Assembly (NCBI GenBank): GCA_965655095.1
Contig: OZ296649.1
Coordinates: forward strand, 145,638,001-145,702,000
Origin: Haplodiscus bocki
Taxonomy: Eukaryota
Direction: 5' to 3'
DNA length: 64,000 nt
Position numbers and translations under genes: made by a program. Under the pieces are notes generated by a model that searched no databases, was not told the DNA's origin, and was given only the letters and a program-made list of their open reading frames with translations. Of the stretch, positions 1 through 13,423 are shown one piece after another (position 1 is the stretch's first letter; every line of letters begins with the position of its first letter).

Positions 1-1374
1 TTTGATCTCAGCCGTCTCGAATAATTTGAATTTCCGATTCTCAGGTGTTTTGTTCCGAGTACAATATTACTTGAGAATTTTTCATAATTATTTCTGCTAT
101 CGCAATGAACAAATTTGTACTTCTTTTTGATTCAGATGCGGCTTTAATTCAATTTATCAACTTCTTTCAAGTTTAACTCTCTAAACTTACTGAGACATTT
201 TTCAAGTGATCTCTTCGCGCTTTCTATTCAAAAGTCTAAATTTAGCGCCAAATGGATTTCCGATGTTCTGATTAACTTAAATTATCAGTCATGGTAGGAA
301 AGTGCTCAATCATTGTTATCATTTTATATTCACGCCATGATTCACGTCGGGATTTCCAGGGAGAATCGAAAAATGACAAGCCATAAACCAATGACCGAAA
401 ACAATTTCCCCAAAAACAGAAAGCAAGCGACAAGAAACTGTTGTCAGCACAAACATTTTTGTGGGAAGAAAGTTGAAAATGCTTCAATTAAATTTAAGCT
501 GAAGCTTCAAAGTTTGTTCAGTAAACGTTGTGAGAAATCTCGGTTTTTGTTGTTATGCATTAAGATGTTGGTAGTTGTCTTCAATATACAAGTTGACTCT
601 TTCTGCCATTAATTTAATGAGTTAAAAAATTAAAAGTTCAACATTTACTCGTTTTTTGAATAAGAAAACTGCTTTTTTATGACTAACAAATGACAAGTTG
701 ACTTAATTCTATGAGCAGTAGTTGCTGATTCCTCTTTACAAATATTCCCAGGTGAAATTTACAACAAGCTGACCCATAAAACAAATTACATGAATAAAAG
801 ATGATCCTATGTTGACAGTTTGCTTTAATGCTTCCAAAATATGTCCAAAATGTCAAAGTTTTTCGATACATAGCAAGCGACTCACTAACAATGGAATGCA
901 TATAATTTTCAGAGACTTTAGAGAAAATAAAAACGTCAATACTGCTCTGGAACTTTCATTTTTTGAGTTCGAGATTGCAAAACATGCGTTGATTCAATCC
1001 TTTCTACATGGGTTGTTTTAAATTGTTGTTTTCCTGGCAAAATTTGTTTTAAGCAAGTATGATTTTTATTGTTTCATGAACTACTGTACTGATTTAAATA
1101 AGTGAATTCTTGGGCAAAAATTAGCGTTTTCGAAGCTCAAAATCTCTGGAACTGAGAAGTTTAGAAAAAGTAGAGACAAAAGTTTCCTAGAATTTTGATA
1201 AAATTACAAATTTTTTATTTGATCCCGGGTACCGGGATCAAAATTTGATACCACCATTGAAAAAACAAGAAAATCATATAAAGTCATATCTGGTGATCTA
1301 TGAAAACATGAAAGTCCTAGAAAGTACCATAGAAGTTTATGGTAACATGCAAGTCATAAAAAACCATACTATAG

Positions 1375-1699
1375 TGTCGGACTGAGGCATGGCCGTACCA
1401 GAAGTGGTACCAAGCTCAGTCTTGGGGTGTGAATTTGGATGCCTCGAGGTAGACACTCCTTGTACCAGCCGAGTCAACTCCTCTAGCTGGCGGGTTAGAG
1501 GAGAAATAAACACTCTAATCTGTTCGTTGACGGCCTCTTGTGACAACGTTTGAATTTCCAGATATTTACTTTTGACATTTTCCAATGAACGTCAGTCCGC
1601 GATTTCCTCAGCACTACCGTGATGGCTCATTTCGCGTTCGTCTGACGTTTGATAGTGTTTTCCGTTTGTATGTTCTCTGTAGTCGATGGAATTAAGCAT
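1375..1699 (-). pseudogene. gag-like N-terminal ORF fragment inside LTR family 1 (108 codons, one in-frame stop)
   Basis: ATG at 1699, MLNSIDY...IAD*RSLENVKSKYLEIQTLSQEAVNEQIRVFISPLTRQLEELTRLVQG...MPQSD, ending at the LTR terminus; homologous peptide at the end of the 29959 copy. Gag identity is inferred from position. Confidence 0.55.
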
Positions 1700-1935
1700 C
1701 CAAGTTTCAAGACTAGAAATTTAGTTCAGTATTTTCGTTATTTCAATGGTTTCACAAAAGTAATGGTAATTTAGCGAAATATAAAAATAAATGTTGGAGA
1801 GCGATGATATTTGAATTATGCGAAAATTGGTCGGAGTCAAAATTTAGCACTTTCTCAACAAGTAGTAATCTAGGCAAGCGCGGGCAGTGTTACTGATTGC
1901 GCTCAGAGTATGTCGGTGTTCGGTGGCCCCGCATG

Positions 1936-1945
1936 GTCACGTGAC
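1936..1945. promoter_or_regulatory. Palindromic E-box GTCACGTGAC in LTR family 1
   Basis: Perfect 10-bp palindrome; CACGTGAC is retained at the equivalent position of the diverged copy (63967-63974). Confidence 0.4.
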
Positions 1946-4900
1946 TGATGGTAAGACTAATTCCTACCCTCGGAGTTTTGGTTCGTTTGCAATATAATTA
2001 AATAACTAATTAAGGTGTCAAACGCAAATCCACCGCAACCGTGAGGGCTACAAGCACATAGCATGACAATTATGCAAATTTGTTGCAATAAATCCGGATA
2101 CAAAAAATATGGAGTAAAATAACAAATCATGTACAAAAAATAACTAAATCAAATGAATTTTAGAGAATCAGTACATTTCTCAGAATGTTTACAGGATCAC
2201 ATATGCAAATCTGTGTTGAGATCAAGCTATTTCATTTTTCATCAGAATTCATCGTTTCCTTTATGTCTACCCTTTTTGTCCGTATTTTAAAGTCAGCAAG
2301 GTTTTAGGTTTGATGAATTCCAATGTTATTTGTTGAGGTGAGTATCATAGCTCTTCAAATCGTTGAATCAAGTTAAAACTGCATTAGTTCGATGAATAAC
2401 GACGAAGTCAAAACCTTTCAGCACATACTGTTCTTTATATATCACGTTGAGTCACGGTTTTCATCCTGTAGATGAAAACAGATGTACTTTTACGCAGTTT
2501 ACGTCTCAGTTTATATGAGAAGTTTTCATCATTCGGATGAAAACTGATGAATTCTAAAATGCTACTAAATGTCACTGTAGGAGGTTTACACGGGTCCGAT
2601 GTAAACCGATCAAATTTGTTTCGTCCATTAAATCATTCCGTTGCAACCTATTGGCTTGTAAAGTATTAGTAGTTATTCTCTGGTTTGTCGCATTCTACAC
2701 TGCGTCTTGTTTGGAATGAGTTAATAGAGTGAAACATCACTCAGATGTTTTCCAATGAAAATTGAATTCCGGTTCTTTTTCTTATTCTTTTAGTCTCGCC
2801 GCTACAGAGTGCGCTTGTAGTGGCTTAGAGTATTCCGTTTGGAGCAGGCCGGTGTCGTTTATGCTAGTTCTAGTTACTCTGAGCTTTCATCGGATTTTGT
2901 CAATTTTCATCGAATTGTTCCAGCACATTGTTTATGGATGGGCAGTGATGCTTTTATATGCTCAGCGATACCTTCTACATAATACATTTTGTTGTTTACA
3001 TAGTTTATAGATCTCTTTCTTAGCTAGGGGAAGGGAAATAATCTAACATACTCAACATACTCGCGTTTATACCTTTTTGGCTACAAAAATGCATTAACAT
3101 TTTAGTAATGATAATGGCTTCGTACATATAAAACATACCGTAAGTTTAGGGATATGTAGATAACTCAGTTTTTCCCTCATGCGGGCATGACATATAGTAT
3201 GATTCCATGCGAGTCATACACTGCTCCATATTATGGAATTTTATCAAAATATGATAAAGTATTCTAGTGAACAAAAAATTGAGTTAAAATATTCACGGAA
3301 AACATTACATTAAAGTGTGAAGTTCAAAACTTCTGGCAATATATGACTGGGGAACATATTAAATGCCATCTACGTTCACTTTTAGTTGCCTTAAATTAAA
3401 AAAGAGATTTTGTGAAATCCCATTCCCGAAAAGTTTAGTCTACAGTGATGTAGTGTTGGACAAACTACGCAACGGTATAAGTGTTTCTTTCCCAGCATAA
3501 AGAGGGAAATTTAAACTCTGAATGTTGTTGACGCGCTTTCTTTTTGGGTCTTGACATTTTCAAGACCTTTGAATTACTCGGAAATATGTAAATAAGACAT
3601 TGGAGAAGTTGCTAATTGAAAAAAATTCGAGAAACACATGAAAATCCTTGGATGACCATACAAAATAACATTAAGTCATTAACCGGCCATACAAGTTCAT
3701 GGCTGACAGACTTCACATATTATGATCATAGAAAAAAAACAGGAAACTAATGATATTACCATAAGCTGTCTTTTTGTATGGCAGTTTTTGATGCATAGTA
3801 TGATTTGCGTGTCAGGTCAACCCGGGATGAAAATCTGATCATTAGTCAAAGAAATTGAAACCATCATTTTGGCAGCTTTTTCATCATTTTTTTCCACTTT
3901 TTCGTTTTCAAATTGTTCAAACATAACATTCCCTTCAATTTCTAAAAATTACAGCCCGAAGATAGCCAAAATCAAGGCAGTCATGACTTTTTGACAAATG
4001 GTCCGGTTTAAAAACAGAAGGCAAGAAAATATTGCGAATTTCCTAGAGATTTTTGATCCCGCTGTTCTCTTGTGACATTGTTGTACTTTGAGAAATTGGC
4101 CTCCGAAATTGATTAATATTTGCTCAGGAGTTGACTCAATTAAAATCAGGACTGTACTGAGTGATCCATTGAAGACAGTACTGGGGAAACATTGGAGCCC
4201 TTGTAAAAGCTGATATTTATAAACAATGTTTAAGTTTTGTTTCTGACATAGTTGAAGCAATAAACCGAAGGAGGCTTACTCACTAAAGATTAATATGTCG
4301 AAAATGAACTGTTCCTCTTATCAAGTTTTATAATGAAAACTTGCACAAATTGTTCATGAAATTTGTCCACATTGATGTACTTTCGCATTTGGTTTCACAA
4401 TGTACATGTCAATTCTGATGACTGAAAAGCAAGCTAGATCAACTTTGAAGCATTTCGCACGTCTTGTTAACCTTAATCAGGTACTTTAAAAGTGTCAACT
4501 CAAAAACTCCGAAGTCAAAATCGGTCAGTTCGACGGTTCCCGTAAGGCTCAGACTATGTAAGGGGTTTCGTATTCTGTATTAGCCGAAACTTAGTCAATT
4601 TTCTTTTCTTTTGGATTTTCGGAGGTGGGTATTGTCAAGATGTTTCAAATTTGCGCATTTTCCAAAATTTCGGACGTGAGCAAGGAAATAGATGCAGAGT
4701 ACAGAGAATCTCCCTGGCCTTTAAAAATTTACAAAGAGTTTCGGTGTAAAAAAGAGCGATCACATATTTTTTTCGGTATTATCTTCTTGGAAAGATTTAT
4801 TGGGAAATAAAAAAATTGGTATTGTAAAATTTTCAAGTTTTTTCATTGCCAAAAGTTTGGGCAACCTGGGGTTCTGACTAAAATTTTCTAATTCCAATCG

Positions 4901-6752
4901 CAAATTAAAATTTTTAATGACGGCAAAACATCTGGGACCAACAATAGTATTGTTTTTTTTCATGTCACCATTTGAAGTAAATTTTGTAATGCTCATCGGA
5001 AAATCTTATTGCAAAAACTAATGAAATAAACGCAAAAATCCAAAAATGTTTTCTTCTTACAACTTCATGGAAAAAAACTAAAATTAAAGTTACTGAGTTT
5101 TTGATTTCCGACGAGGACTATTTAAACTTGCATTAATTGAGAAAAAATCTGTCGTCTAGTTGTTTAAATATTTCACCCGAGGTGATTTAACTCCAATATA
5201 CTTCACCCCAAGGACATTTCGCCCGATTTGAAAATTAGCTTTAAACTGGCGATTTTTTTCAAAGCCATGGTGGCTAATTAGTACGATCTAAAATCTCGCA
5301 GCGTTGACAAAATGAGGTGCTAACAGCAAGATTTTCTTGTCAATTCGCTAAATCAATTGTTAAATATATGCAGTACAAAAAAAAGAAGCTTCAAATGGCT
5401 CAAAATACTCCTAGGACGGAGTTGATTTTGATGTTTGAAAAAATTGATTTTTTAAATATAACTTTTGGAAAAAATTGTCAGAAAATATAACTCCTGCTGG
5501 GATTCAAAATCACATATGGATTCGTTAGATTTGATAAGCGGGGTATCACGAAAAGTTTAGGACCAAACGTTCAACTTTAAGTTTGTTTTTCGTAATTTTT
5601 TTTGTTGAAAATGTGAAAAAAGGCCTATACTGTGCCTCGAGCCAACAATTGTGGATTTGGAACCTTTTGCCAGACACTCTAGGTCACGGAGATATCATAT
5701 GAGCAAGAAATATTTACTGGATCTAATCAGACAGTGGACCTGGAAGAACAACAGCATGCTTAATACAGAATAGTCAGTTGCAACGCCAAGCTTTCACTTG
5801 AACTATTACGTAATCTGACAATATTTTTGCATTGAATCGCTTGAGTTTTGCAGTACTGATTCGCAATTTACACCAACTTTTGAAAAAAAAAATGTTATTA
5901 ATCCATCAATATCGGGGAAAAATGGACATTAAATTACAAGACATTATCCAAGAAGCCAAATCAGAACCTGTACTGGTAAGAATCTGCCAACTCCTCGAAA
6001 GTATGTTAGTTGATTTCAATCGAAAACTTGAAGGAAAAGTATAAAATTTTGAAAAAGGTTATTTCAGTGATAGACTGTTGTTCAAAACGAGTTCGATGAC
6101 ATGAAAGAACGAATGTTGAGCACTGAAGTGTATAATTCAAAGGACAATATAATTGTGAAAAACCCCCTGAATGACAAAATGGATATCTTCTAGGGACATT
6201 TCTTTCATTCTTTAACTCCAATCTGCAATCTGAGTTTTCCCCATGTGATATAAAAGCCTGTCATTATCTTGGAAAACCCCAACAGTCCAATGTAAATGTT
6301 AAATTGGTGTATTTTGCGCAAAAGAATTTCAATCGGCGATGAAAAAAGAGTTTGAAGGGCCTCGTCAGCAAAAGTGGTATTCTGTATGTCTCACGGAATT
6401 TTTGCCACCAAAATGTGAGGAACTACAGATTGAAGGCAAACAAATGGGTACCAAAATTGTCACCAACAATTGTGAATTACAAGTCTTATGCCCCAAAAAA
6501 AGGGTGGAGTCAGTTTTTGTCCTGTTCACACGAAGGCGGAATTACTAAAACTGAAGTATGCTGCTCTTCCTCTACGGAATATTAGTACAGTGGACAACAG
6601 AAGACCTGGCAAAAGAAACAATAGTGGTTTTACTGGCCTTTCGCCTTTCGCCGGAAGGTAAAATAACGAATCGACAAAAACTTCTGGAGAGCACATGGTC
6701 AATAAATATGTCTCGTCTTTGAAAACTTCTGCCAATTGGTTCATGGATATGC

Positions 6753-7468
6753 TTGGTTTGGAAAAAACAAGATGAAAAAAAGTTTTGTGTTTTAAGTCAA
6801 AATGTAAGATCGTTGAGGAAAGACGTCAAACTGTTAGTCGAAAAACTATCGGAAAACAAATTATACCCATCTGTTATTGCTGTCATTGAAAGATGGCGCT
6901 CTGATAATACAACATTCGTCAAAATATTGGGCTATCAAAGATTTTTGGCATCAAACCATAAAACAAAAGCTAGCGGATTAGCACTTTTTGTTGACCAGAA
7001 AATTCGAGTAGAAGTGAAAAATATAAAAAAAACAGTTTCTGTTTTGACATTTTGGTGGTTGATCTTCTGGTACTAATTTCGCAGAAGTTTTCGGTGATAG
7101 TGATCTTTAACTCACCTTCCAATAGTTCGGAATTTTGTTTGCAAGATTTTCAAAAACCGTTGGAAGCGAATCAATTTTTGCACCTATTCGTGGTCGTAGG
7201 TGACATGAATGTAGATTTTTTGGAGCAAAACGAAACTTCAAAAGCCTATATAAATATATTTTCATCATTTGGTTGCAAGCAAACGGTTTTTCAACCTACA
7301 AACGTAACTGTTTTAAGCGAGTCATGCATTGACCACGTGCTCACCAATGATCACAAAATAAAAACACGGGAGCTTAAAACGGATATCTTAGATCAATTCA
7401 TGGTTTTACATGAAACAAAATTTCTTGTGGAGACGAAAACCGCAAAAAAAAGCTATGACTTTCCGTAA
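6753..7468 (+). pseudogene. APE-type endonuclease domain of LINE ORF2 (frameshifted)
   Basis: ORFs 6753-7076 and 7052-7468 together carry the NVRSL / GDxN / IDH motifs. Confidence 0.85.
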
Positions 7469-8089
7469 TCTCAAAAAAGTTCTCAAAAAAGACGATTACT
7501 GCTGCTAATTTCTGTTTAGGCTATTTCACGAGCTACAAAATGTTTATTACAATAAATAGAATCTGAATGAACTATTTGATAACTTCTCAAGTTATTTGAA
7601 AGTCAATTAGACATGTATTTTTCTAAAACTACATCACAGCCGATGGAGAGACGTGGGTTTGGAAATTGGAATTCAAGACGTGTAAAAAAAAGGAATAAAA
7701 AACTCCAAAAACTGTTTTCAAAAATTTCAAACAATCAGATTGAACAAAATTGACAGCAGTACTCAAAACAACGCAAATTATGTACCGGAATCATTCGGCT
7801 TGCAAAATATGTAAATAAAAGATTTTTTCTTGAGCAGCTGATGACAAGAAAAAAACGGTTTTTTCACTTTTTTTAAAAAGAACATTGCAAGTGGAACAAA
7901 TCATACAAGCACGATGATAGATGTCGACAGTCTAAACAAATATTTTGCAAACAATGGTCAGAGTTTGGCCTCAGGTTCACATTGTTCCAATTTGGAAGAA
8001 ATGATTATACCCAAGTTTATGAACAAAACTATTTTTCTTTATTCAACGGATGTAAACGAAGTTTAAACTTTAATTAGGAACTGCAAGAC

Positions 8090-9030
8090 CACAAATCGTC
8101 TGGCCTAGACGGCCTAAGTATTAAATTTTTTATAATTGCTGCACCAGTGATATCGGACCTTCCAGCCCTGATAATTAACAGATGCATTCAAGGAGGATTT
8201 TTTCCAAACATTCTAAAAAATTCCAAATTAAAGCCACTCTTCAAAACAAGTGAAATGCAAAACCCCAAAATCTACCATCCATTCTCATTCTTAACATGGT
8301 TGAGTAAAACTTCCAAAAAAATCTGGTCAGGAGGCTTCAAACCTTCTGGAAAAAATGTGACGAGCCGAATTCTAAAAAAGATGGTTTCCGAAAAAGAAAG
8401 TCAACACTGAAAGCGCTGATTGATCTAACAAAGACATTTGTCCAAAATCAGCAGAAATGAAAAAACTTTCTACACATTTTTGGATTTGAGCAAGGCATCC
8501 GTTACAGTCAATTACGGGATTTTGCTCAAAAAAATTGAAGCTGATGGTGCCAGAGGAAGTGTTCTTCAACTGCTGTCGAGTTTCTTTCAAAAGAGAAGAC
8601 AATTTGTACAAGTTGATGAAAGAAATTCAGAAGATCGAGATTTAAAGGTCGGATTACCACAAGGATCTATACTGGGTCCTATGTAGTTCCTCATATACAT
8701 AAATGATATAACGGACATTAAACATGAAACTTCGCAAAATGCTTACTTTGCAGATCATTGTACGATTTTGACATCTCACCAACACAATCCTCTCCTAGCA
8801 TATGAAAAGCAATTACCTCAAATCAGCAAGTGGCTGATTGCCAACAAACACTCTTGAGAAGACATTTTATCTAAAGTTCGGTAGAACAAAATCAATGAGG
8901 AATACACTTCGATTAAAGGAAAATCTTCTGAAAACAGAAAGCAGTATTAAACATTTGGGGATATTTATTGATTCTGACTTGACTTTCAACAACCACGTTT
9001 CGTATGTCTGTAAAAAACATGTAAAGTGAT
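8090..9030 (+). pseudogene. Reverse transcriptase domain of LINE ORF2 (disrupted)
   Basis: DLSKA, PQGSILGP and FAD motifs across ORFs 8147-8410, 8438-8686 and 8838-9029. Confidence 0.9.
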
Positions 9031-10071
9031 TGGCATTTTGTGCCATGGCAAAGAAACATTAACGCGCGACATGAAACTGCAATTCTAAATTTATTTTATC
9101 AAACCATTTGTGAAATATGGTTTATTGGTGTATGGTTCAACTTTGGAGACTCAGTTGAGACCTTTTTTGATCTTGCAAAAGAAGATTTTGCGAAAAATAT
9201 ATAACTTTGCTTCTCACGCGTCCTGTACTCACTTTTTTTACTGAATCAGACATTCAAACAATTTATGCGATGTACGTGGGTGCCTTACTCAAGTACGTAC
9301 TTTTCAATTTTCGAAATATTGTCGAAACATGCATGTCCTCGTCACATAACATGAAAACAAAGAAGCAACAGAAAACCTTGCTTCACTATGCTAAAACCAG
9401 TAAGCTTATAAAAAACACAATTCAGTACAAAGCAGTGAATTTGTATAACATGTTTAACTAAAATTGTCTATGGTCCGTTGGCATAGATCAAAAGCAAAAC
9501 AGAACGCTTCATAGGTTTTACATAGACATTTTAAATCTATACTTGAACGACAATAATGAAGTTTGGGTTTTTTCATGTAAACCGTTTTTTTATTCAACGA
9601 TCAACTCATCTTTAGTTTCAACGAGTAACGCATAAGCGAGGAACTCATTTTAGGTTTTAAAAGTACAATGGTACTATTGTTTTCAATTCAGATGGACGTT
9701 TCTCTGACATGTTCATCTTGTAACTGTCCTGGCGTATTCTGAATTAAAAGTTGTTGCATTCATACAGTGTAAGCCTGTGGTCTGGAGAAACAAAAAAATG
9801 TCTCTGAAACAATCGAGCACTTTTTGCTTAAAGCGCTGACTAAAAAAACTGGTTGCCTAGTTTTACCTCCAGATTAACATTATTGGATGCTTTCTGAAAA
9901 AGGCGAAATGGCTTTGGGGTAAAAATAACTTGGAGTGAATTGTCTGTGTGGCGGTAAATGTCAGGAGCTGAAATGTCTGGAAACCAAATGTTCTAGATTT
10001 TTGGCGTCTAGCATTGCTTTGTTAATGGCTTTCCTCGCACCAGATAGAGTAAAACGTGTTAATATTTTTTG

Positions 10072-11020
10072 CCGCATATGTATTATGCAGGAAAAATTGT
10101 TCATTCAGTACGGTCGTTTTTCTTTTTTTTTCAGTCGAAAATTGCCAACTCTTTTTATTCTAAAATAAATGACAGCAGTGGGTTTAGGACAACATATTCC
10201 TGAAGCGGTAGGTCCCGCTTTTGAGTCCTTATCGTGCCAATTATTTTTACGTTTTCGAATCGTGACACCCCCTCCCTCCACTCCTCTTATCCATAAACTT
10301 TTTCGATACCAGAAATTTTTTGAAGCACAGAGGGGTTCGCCTACGAAGTTTTTCGGTAAAATGAGACAAAAAATTTTCCAACGGAAAATCGTAATACACC
10401 CCCCCCCCCCTTATGCATAAAATTTTTCGATACCCGAGATTCTCTGAAACACCGAAGGGTTCCCCTAGGATTTCATTCGGCACTGTGAGACAAAAAATTT
10501 CCGACGGAAAAATCTGATACCCCACTACCCTCTTATCCATAATTTTTTTCCATGCCAGAAATTTTCTGAAACACAAAAGCGTTCCCCTACGAAGTTTTTC
10601 GGCACTGTGAGACAAAAAAGTTCTGAAGGAAAAACGTGATACCCCCCCTATAATGCATAAAATTTTTCGATACCCCAAATTTTTGGAAACACAGAAGAGT
10701 TCCCATCGAAATTCTTCGGCACTGTGAGACAAAAAAAAATCAACAAACCGTGATGCCCCCCTCCTATGCATCAAAATTTTCGATACCAGAATTTTTTCGA
10801 AACACAAGGGTTCCCCTACGAATTTTTTCGGTACTGAGACAAAAAATTTTGAACGAAGTCTTTTGCATATAATATAGAAATATCAGTGGTGGACTTGATG
10901 TTTGTAGAAAATCTTCGTAAACTAGATTTTAAACTGTAGTTTCGTTTTTAACTGTTTGCATATGTCTATCAAAATTTTTGTATTCGGGCGAAAAATATGC
11001 TGGTGCTAGCCGGCCGTCTT
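10072..11020 (+). mobile_element. Helitron-like non-autonomous element: tRNA-like segment + ~120-bp tandem array + conserved 3' hairpin end
   Basis: Both flanks of the array are homologous to those of the 49426-50783 element; the last 35 nt (GGGCGAAAAATATGCTGGTGCTAGCCGGCCGTCTT) are identical. The 5' boundary may extend further upstream. Confidence 0.6.
10258..10855 (+). repeat. ~120-bp satellite array (about 5 units)
   Basis: Recurring CATAAAATTTTTCGATACC...GGGTTCCCCTACGAA...CACTGTGAGACAAAAAA...CGTGATACCCCC. Confidence 0.95.
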
Positions 11021-13423
11021 TTTGTGTTTGCATTTAATTCCATTGTGCTTTGCTCTAACAAGAGAGTTCAATATTTTAGCACTCTCTAGTTTATACTTAA
11101 ACCAAATTTTTTGACGTTAAAAGTTCGGAGAAAAGTATACTAGTAAAGCTTCAAGGGTATTTGTGACATGTGCTTTAAATTTATTAAATTCCTTCCTCAT
11201 ATGCTTCCTCAAACGTCTCTAACACTGTAAATATTTGATATAATTATTATTTTATAACGCCGGGAGAAATAATCTGCCGTTATCTGAATTTTTTTCGTAT
11301 TCTTCCGCATATTTTCTTTATCCTTTCGACTTCTTTTACAGTTTAAAGTAAATGCATCTGATCAATTTTGACAGATTTTTATAAAGACATTCATTAAAAT
11401 GAAAAACCTTTTTCTTTTTTCCCCGAGTTTTACTACGAAGGGGCTAAGAAAGGGGTGTACAGAATTCATTTGGATTGGATTCGTCGAGAGATTTGAAATC
11501 GACGAAATCTGCAAAAATTCTACAGTTTAGTATTAGGGTCCTAGGGCTTCGGCTGTCCTGGAAAAGGCCACCCAAAGCCTGAAAGCGTAATATATACTAA
11601 GTACAAGAATACAAAAATCCCTAAACAAACTTCATCCAAAACCAATTAAGGGGAATTGTTGTGATACCCCCTTACATATGTTGAGTCGAACGGGCAGCGC
11701 CAACTTGGGCCTTTTTCAACTTGTTCTTATTTATAATGTCATTTCTCTAACTCAGTCAATTTGGAGAAATAAATTCTGTTGTAAAAATTTTTGTGATAAA
11801 ATTTTTACGGTTAATTCATAACAAGTATGGGGAATAGCAAAACTTAAAATGTTATTATCTAAAGTGTTGAAAAAATATCCTTGCTGGGCACAAGAGGCAT
11901 CTTATCCTTTCTGATCCACCCAGGACAAGAAAAAAGCGGTCAAAAATTGTGCCTCGCTCTAATTTGCCCTTTTTTTCTCATCCCATATCGAATCTTCTCC
12001 GACTCACTTTTTTTAAGATACCCACGATTCCACCTCTTTTCTCTTTTCTACGGCCCCCATCCGGTGCGGGGGGGGGGGAAACATCAGCGGATTGATGGGC
12101 ATTATAATTTGACCTGATAATCTTTCTCATTGTAAATCAATACTTTTATCTGACTTCTTGCGACAAGAGATATGGTGGCGGGATGTAACACGCTAATGAA
12201 CTAACTCATTAAAAAGATCGATTTCTCTCATGCAAGAAAGAACTATTCTACACGGTGATCTTGTATTTGAGGTACTTTTGAGCTGACAGGTAATGAATAT
12301 GTGACCATCCAGTGATAATTCTCAGCCAGTTCCAATTCTTTTTCTCGGCCACAGCTATTTCACAAAACTTTCACCTGATTAAAAAATAGACAAATTAAAC
12401 AAGTAGTTGATTATTGTTGAATTTCTCGCACTTTCAACTTAGAACGCAATCAAATAATCAAAAATAACAAGTGCCGAGCAAAACATCACTCGGGAAAGTT
12501 TGAATTTATGGAAAAGCTTTGAAATGAACAAGTTATTACTCCGCTCCAATTTCATTAAGGTTCCTAAGTGATAGATGTAAAAGATTGCGTTTTAAAAAGC
12601 AAATTTATGGCTTTGATGAAACGTTTTGAAGAAGTTTTACCCGTCATGTAGGCATAACAAACGAACTTATAAGCTGATTATAATAAAACTACCACGTAAT
12701 GTGAGCTTTTTCTGATCCTGACCCACATATCAATATGGGCAAATTAAAGCAAACATCTTAAATCCTCAAAAATTCTTGAAATAAAGCTAATTTGCAGTTT
12801 TTGGGCCTGGTGGTAATTTTTTTAATCAAAAATATAGAATGAAGCTTCCTAATCGCAATGATGATATAATTGGAAAATTTGTAAACATTTTGGGGCAAAA
12901 AGACTAAATTATGCCCAACAAAACTAATTTTTCGAGATTGCCAATAAACAAATGCAAAAGAACTCCAGGAAAAAAATCAATTTATGGAAAAATTCAAACT
13001 TTTAAATACGGTAACCAATTCAGCAATTTTTAAACCTAAAATAAAAATCCGCTCATCGGATCAGCATTTTCAACAAGATCAAAAAACAGAAATAATTCGA
13101 AAATGTCATTCAAAAACCAGAAAATCAACTCTGTTTTATTGCAACATGAACAAAGAAAAAGGTTGATGCCAGCAATCCTCTTTTTAGCTGAATTTCGTTC
13201 TGGTGTGAGCTGAAACATAATGCCGTTTATTTTTTTAAGCATTCACTGTTGCGCTTTGCGTGAAAGGGTTTTTGAGAAAAGAGAGTGAGAGAGGATGATT
13301 TAGATCAAAGTTTGTAAATGAAGTAGTGAACAGTTCCAAAAAGTAATGAGTATCTCATAACATTTATAAAATAGGAAAACAAACTGGAACGTTTCAGAAA
13401 ATTAAAAATCAATCACAATGTCT

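Larger units (their letters stand above)
1375..3192 (-). mobile_element. Solo LTR, family 1 (1818 bp), 5-bp TSD TATAG
   Basis: Starts TGTC at 1375, ends GACA at 3192; TATAG directly flanks both ends (1370-1374, 3193-3197). Homologous to 29959-31919 and 62621-64000 (shared 5' end TGTCATGCCCGCATGAG in element orientation). Confidence 0.85.
1224..3826. mobile_element. MITE-like non-autonomous DNA transposon with CCCGGG termini (CMC/EnSpm-like), split by a solo LTR
   Basis: CCCGGG at 1224-1229 and ...GTCAACCCGGG ending 3826, flanked by AT on both sides (possible 2-bp TSD). Both arms are rich in CATA/TATG motifs. Same terminal motif as the elements at 36732 and 62031. Confidence 0.5.
5830..9600 (+). 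mobile_element. Decayed non-LTR retrotransposon (CR1/L2-like LINE): ORF1 remnant + APE endonuclease + reverse transcriptase
   Basis: APE motifs in broken frames: SQNVRSL, IAVIERW, SGLALFV, VVVGDMNVD, QPT..SCIDHVL. RT motifs: SGLDG, IYHPFS (NYRPIS-like), FLDLSKA, GLPQGSILGP, YFADH (FADD-like, ~8744), IKHLGIFIDSDLTF. Many stops and frameshifts; ends approximate. Confidence 0.9.

Noticed and set aside
1-1200. Possible additional flank of the 177-bp-array family
   Set aside because: Only vague similarity; I could not establish a collinear alignment.
10247-10807. 186-aa minus-strand ORF (also 17412-17972 and the ORFs at 49981-50734)
   Set aside because: Translation of the 120-bp satellite. The frame shifts between units and the independent array does not keep it open.
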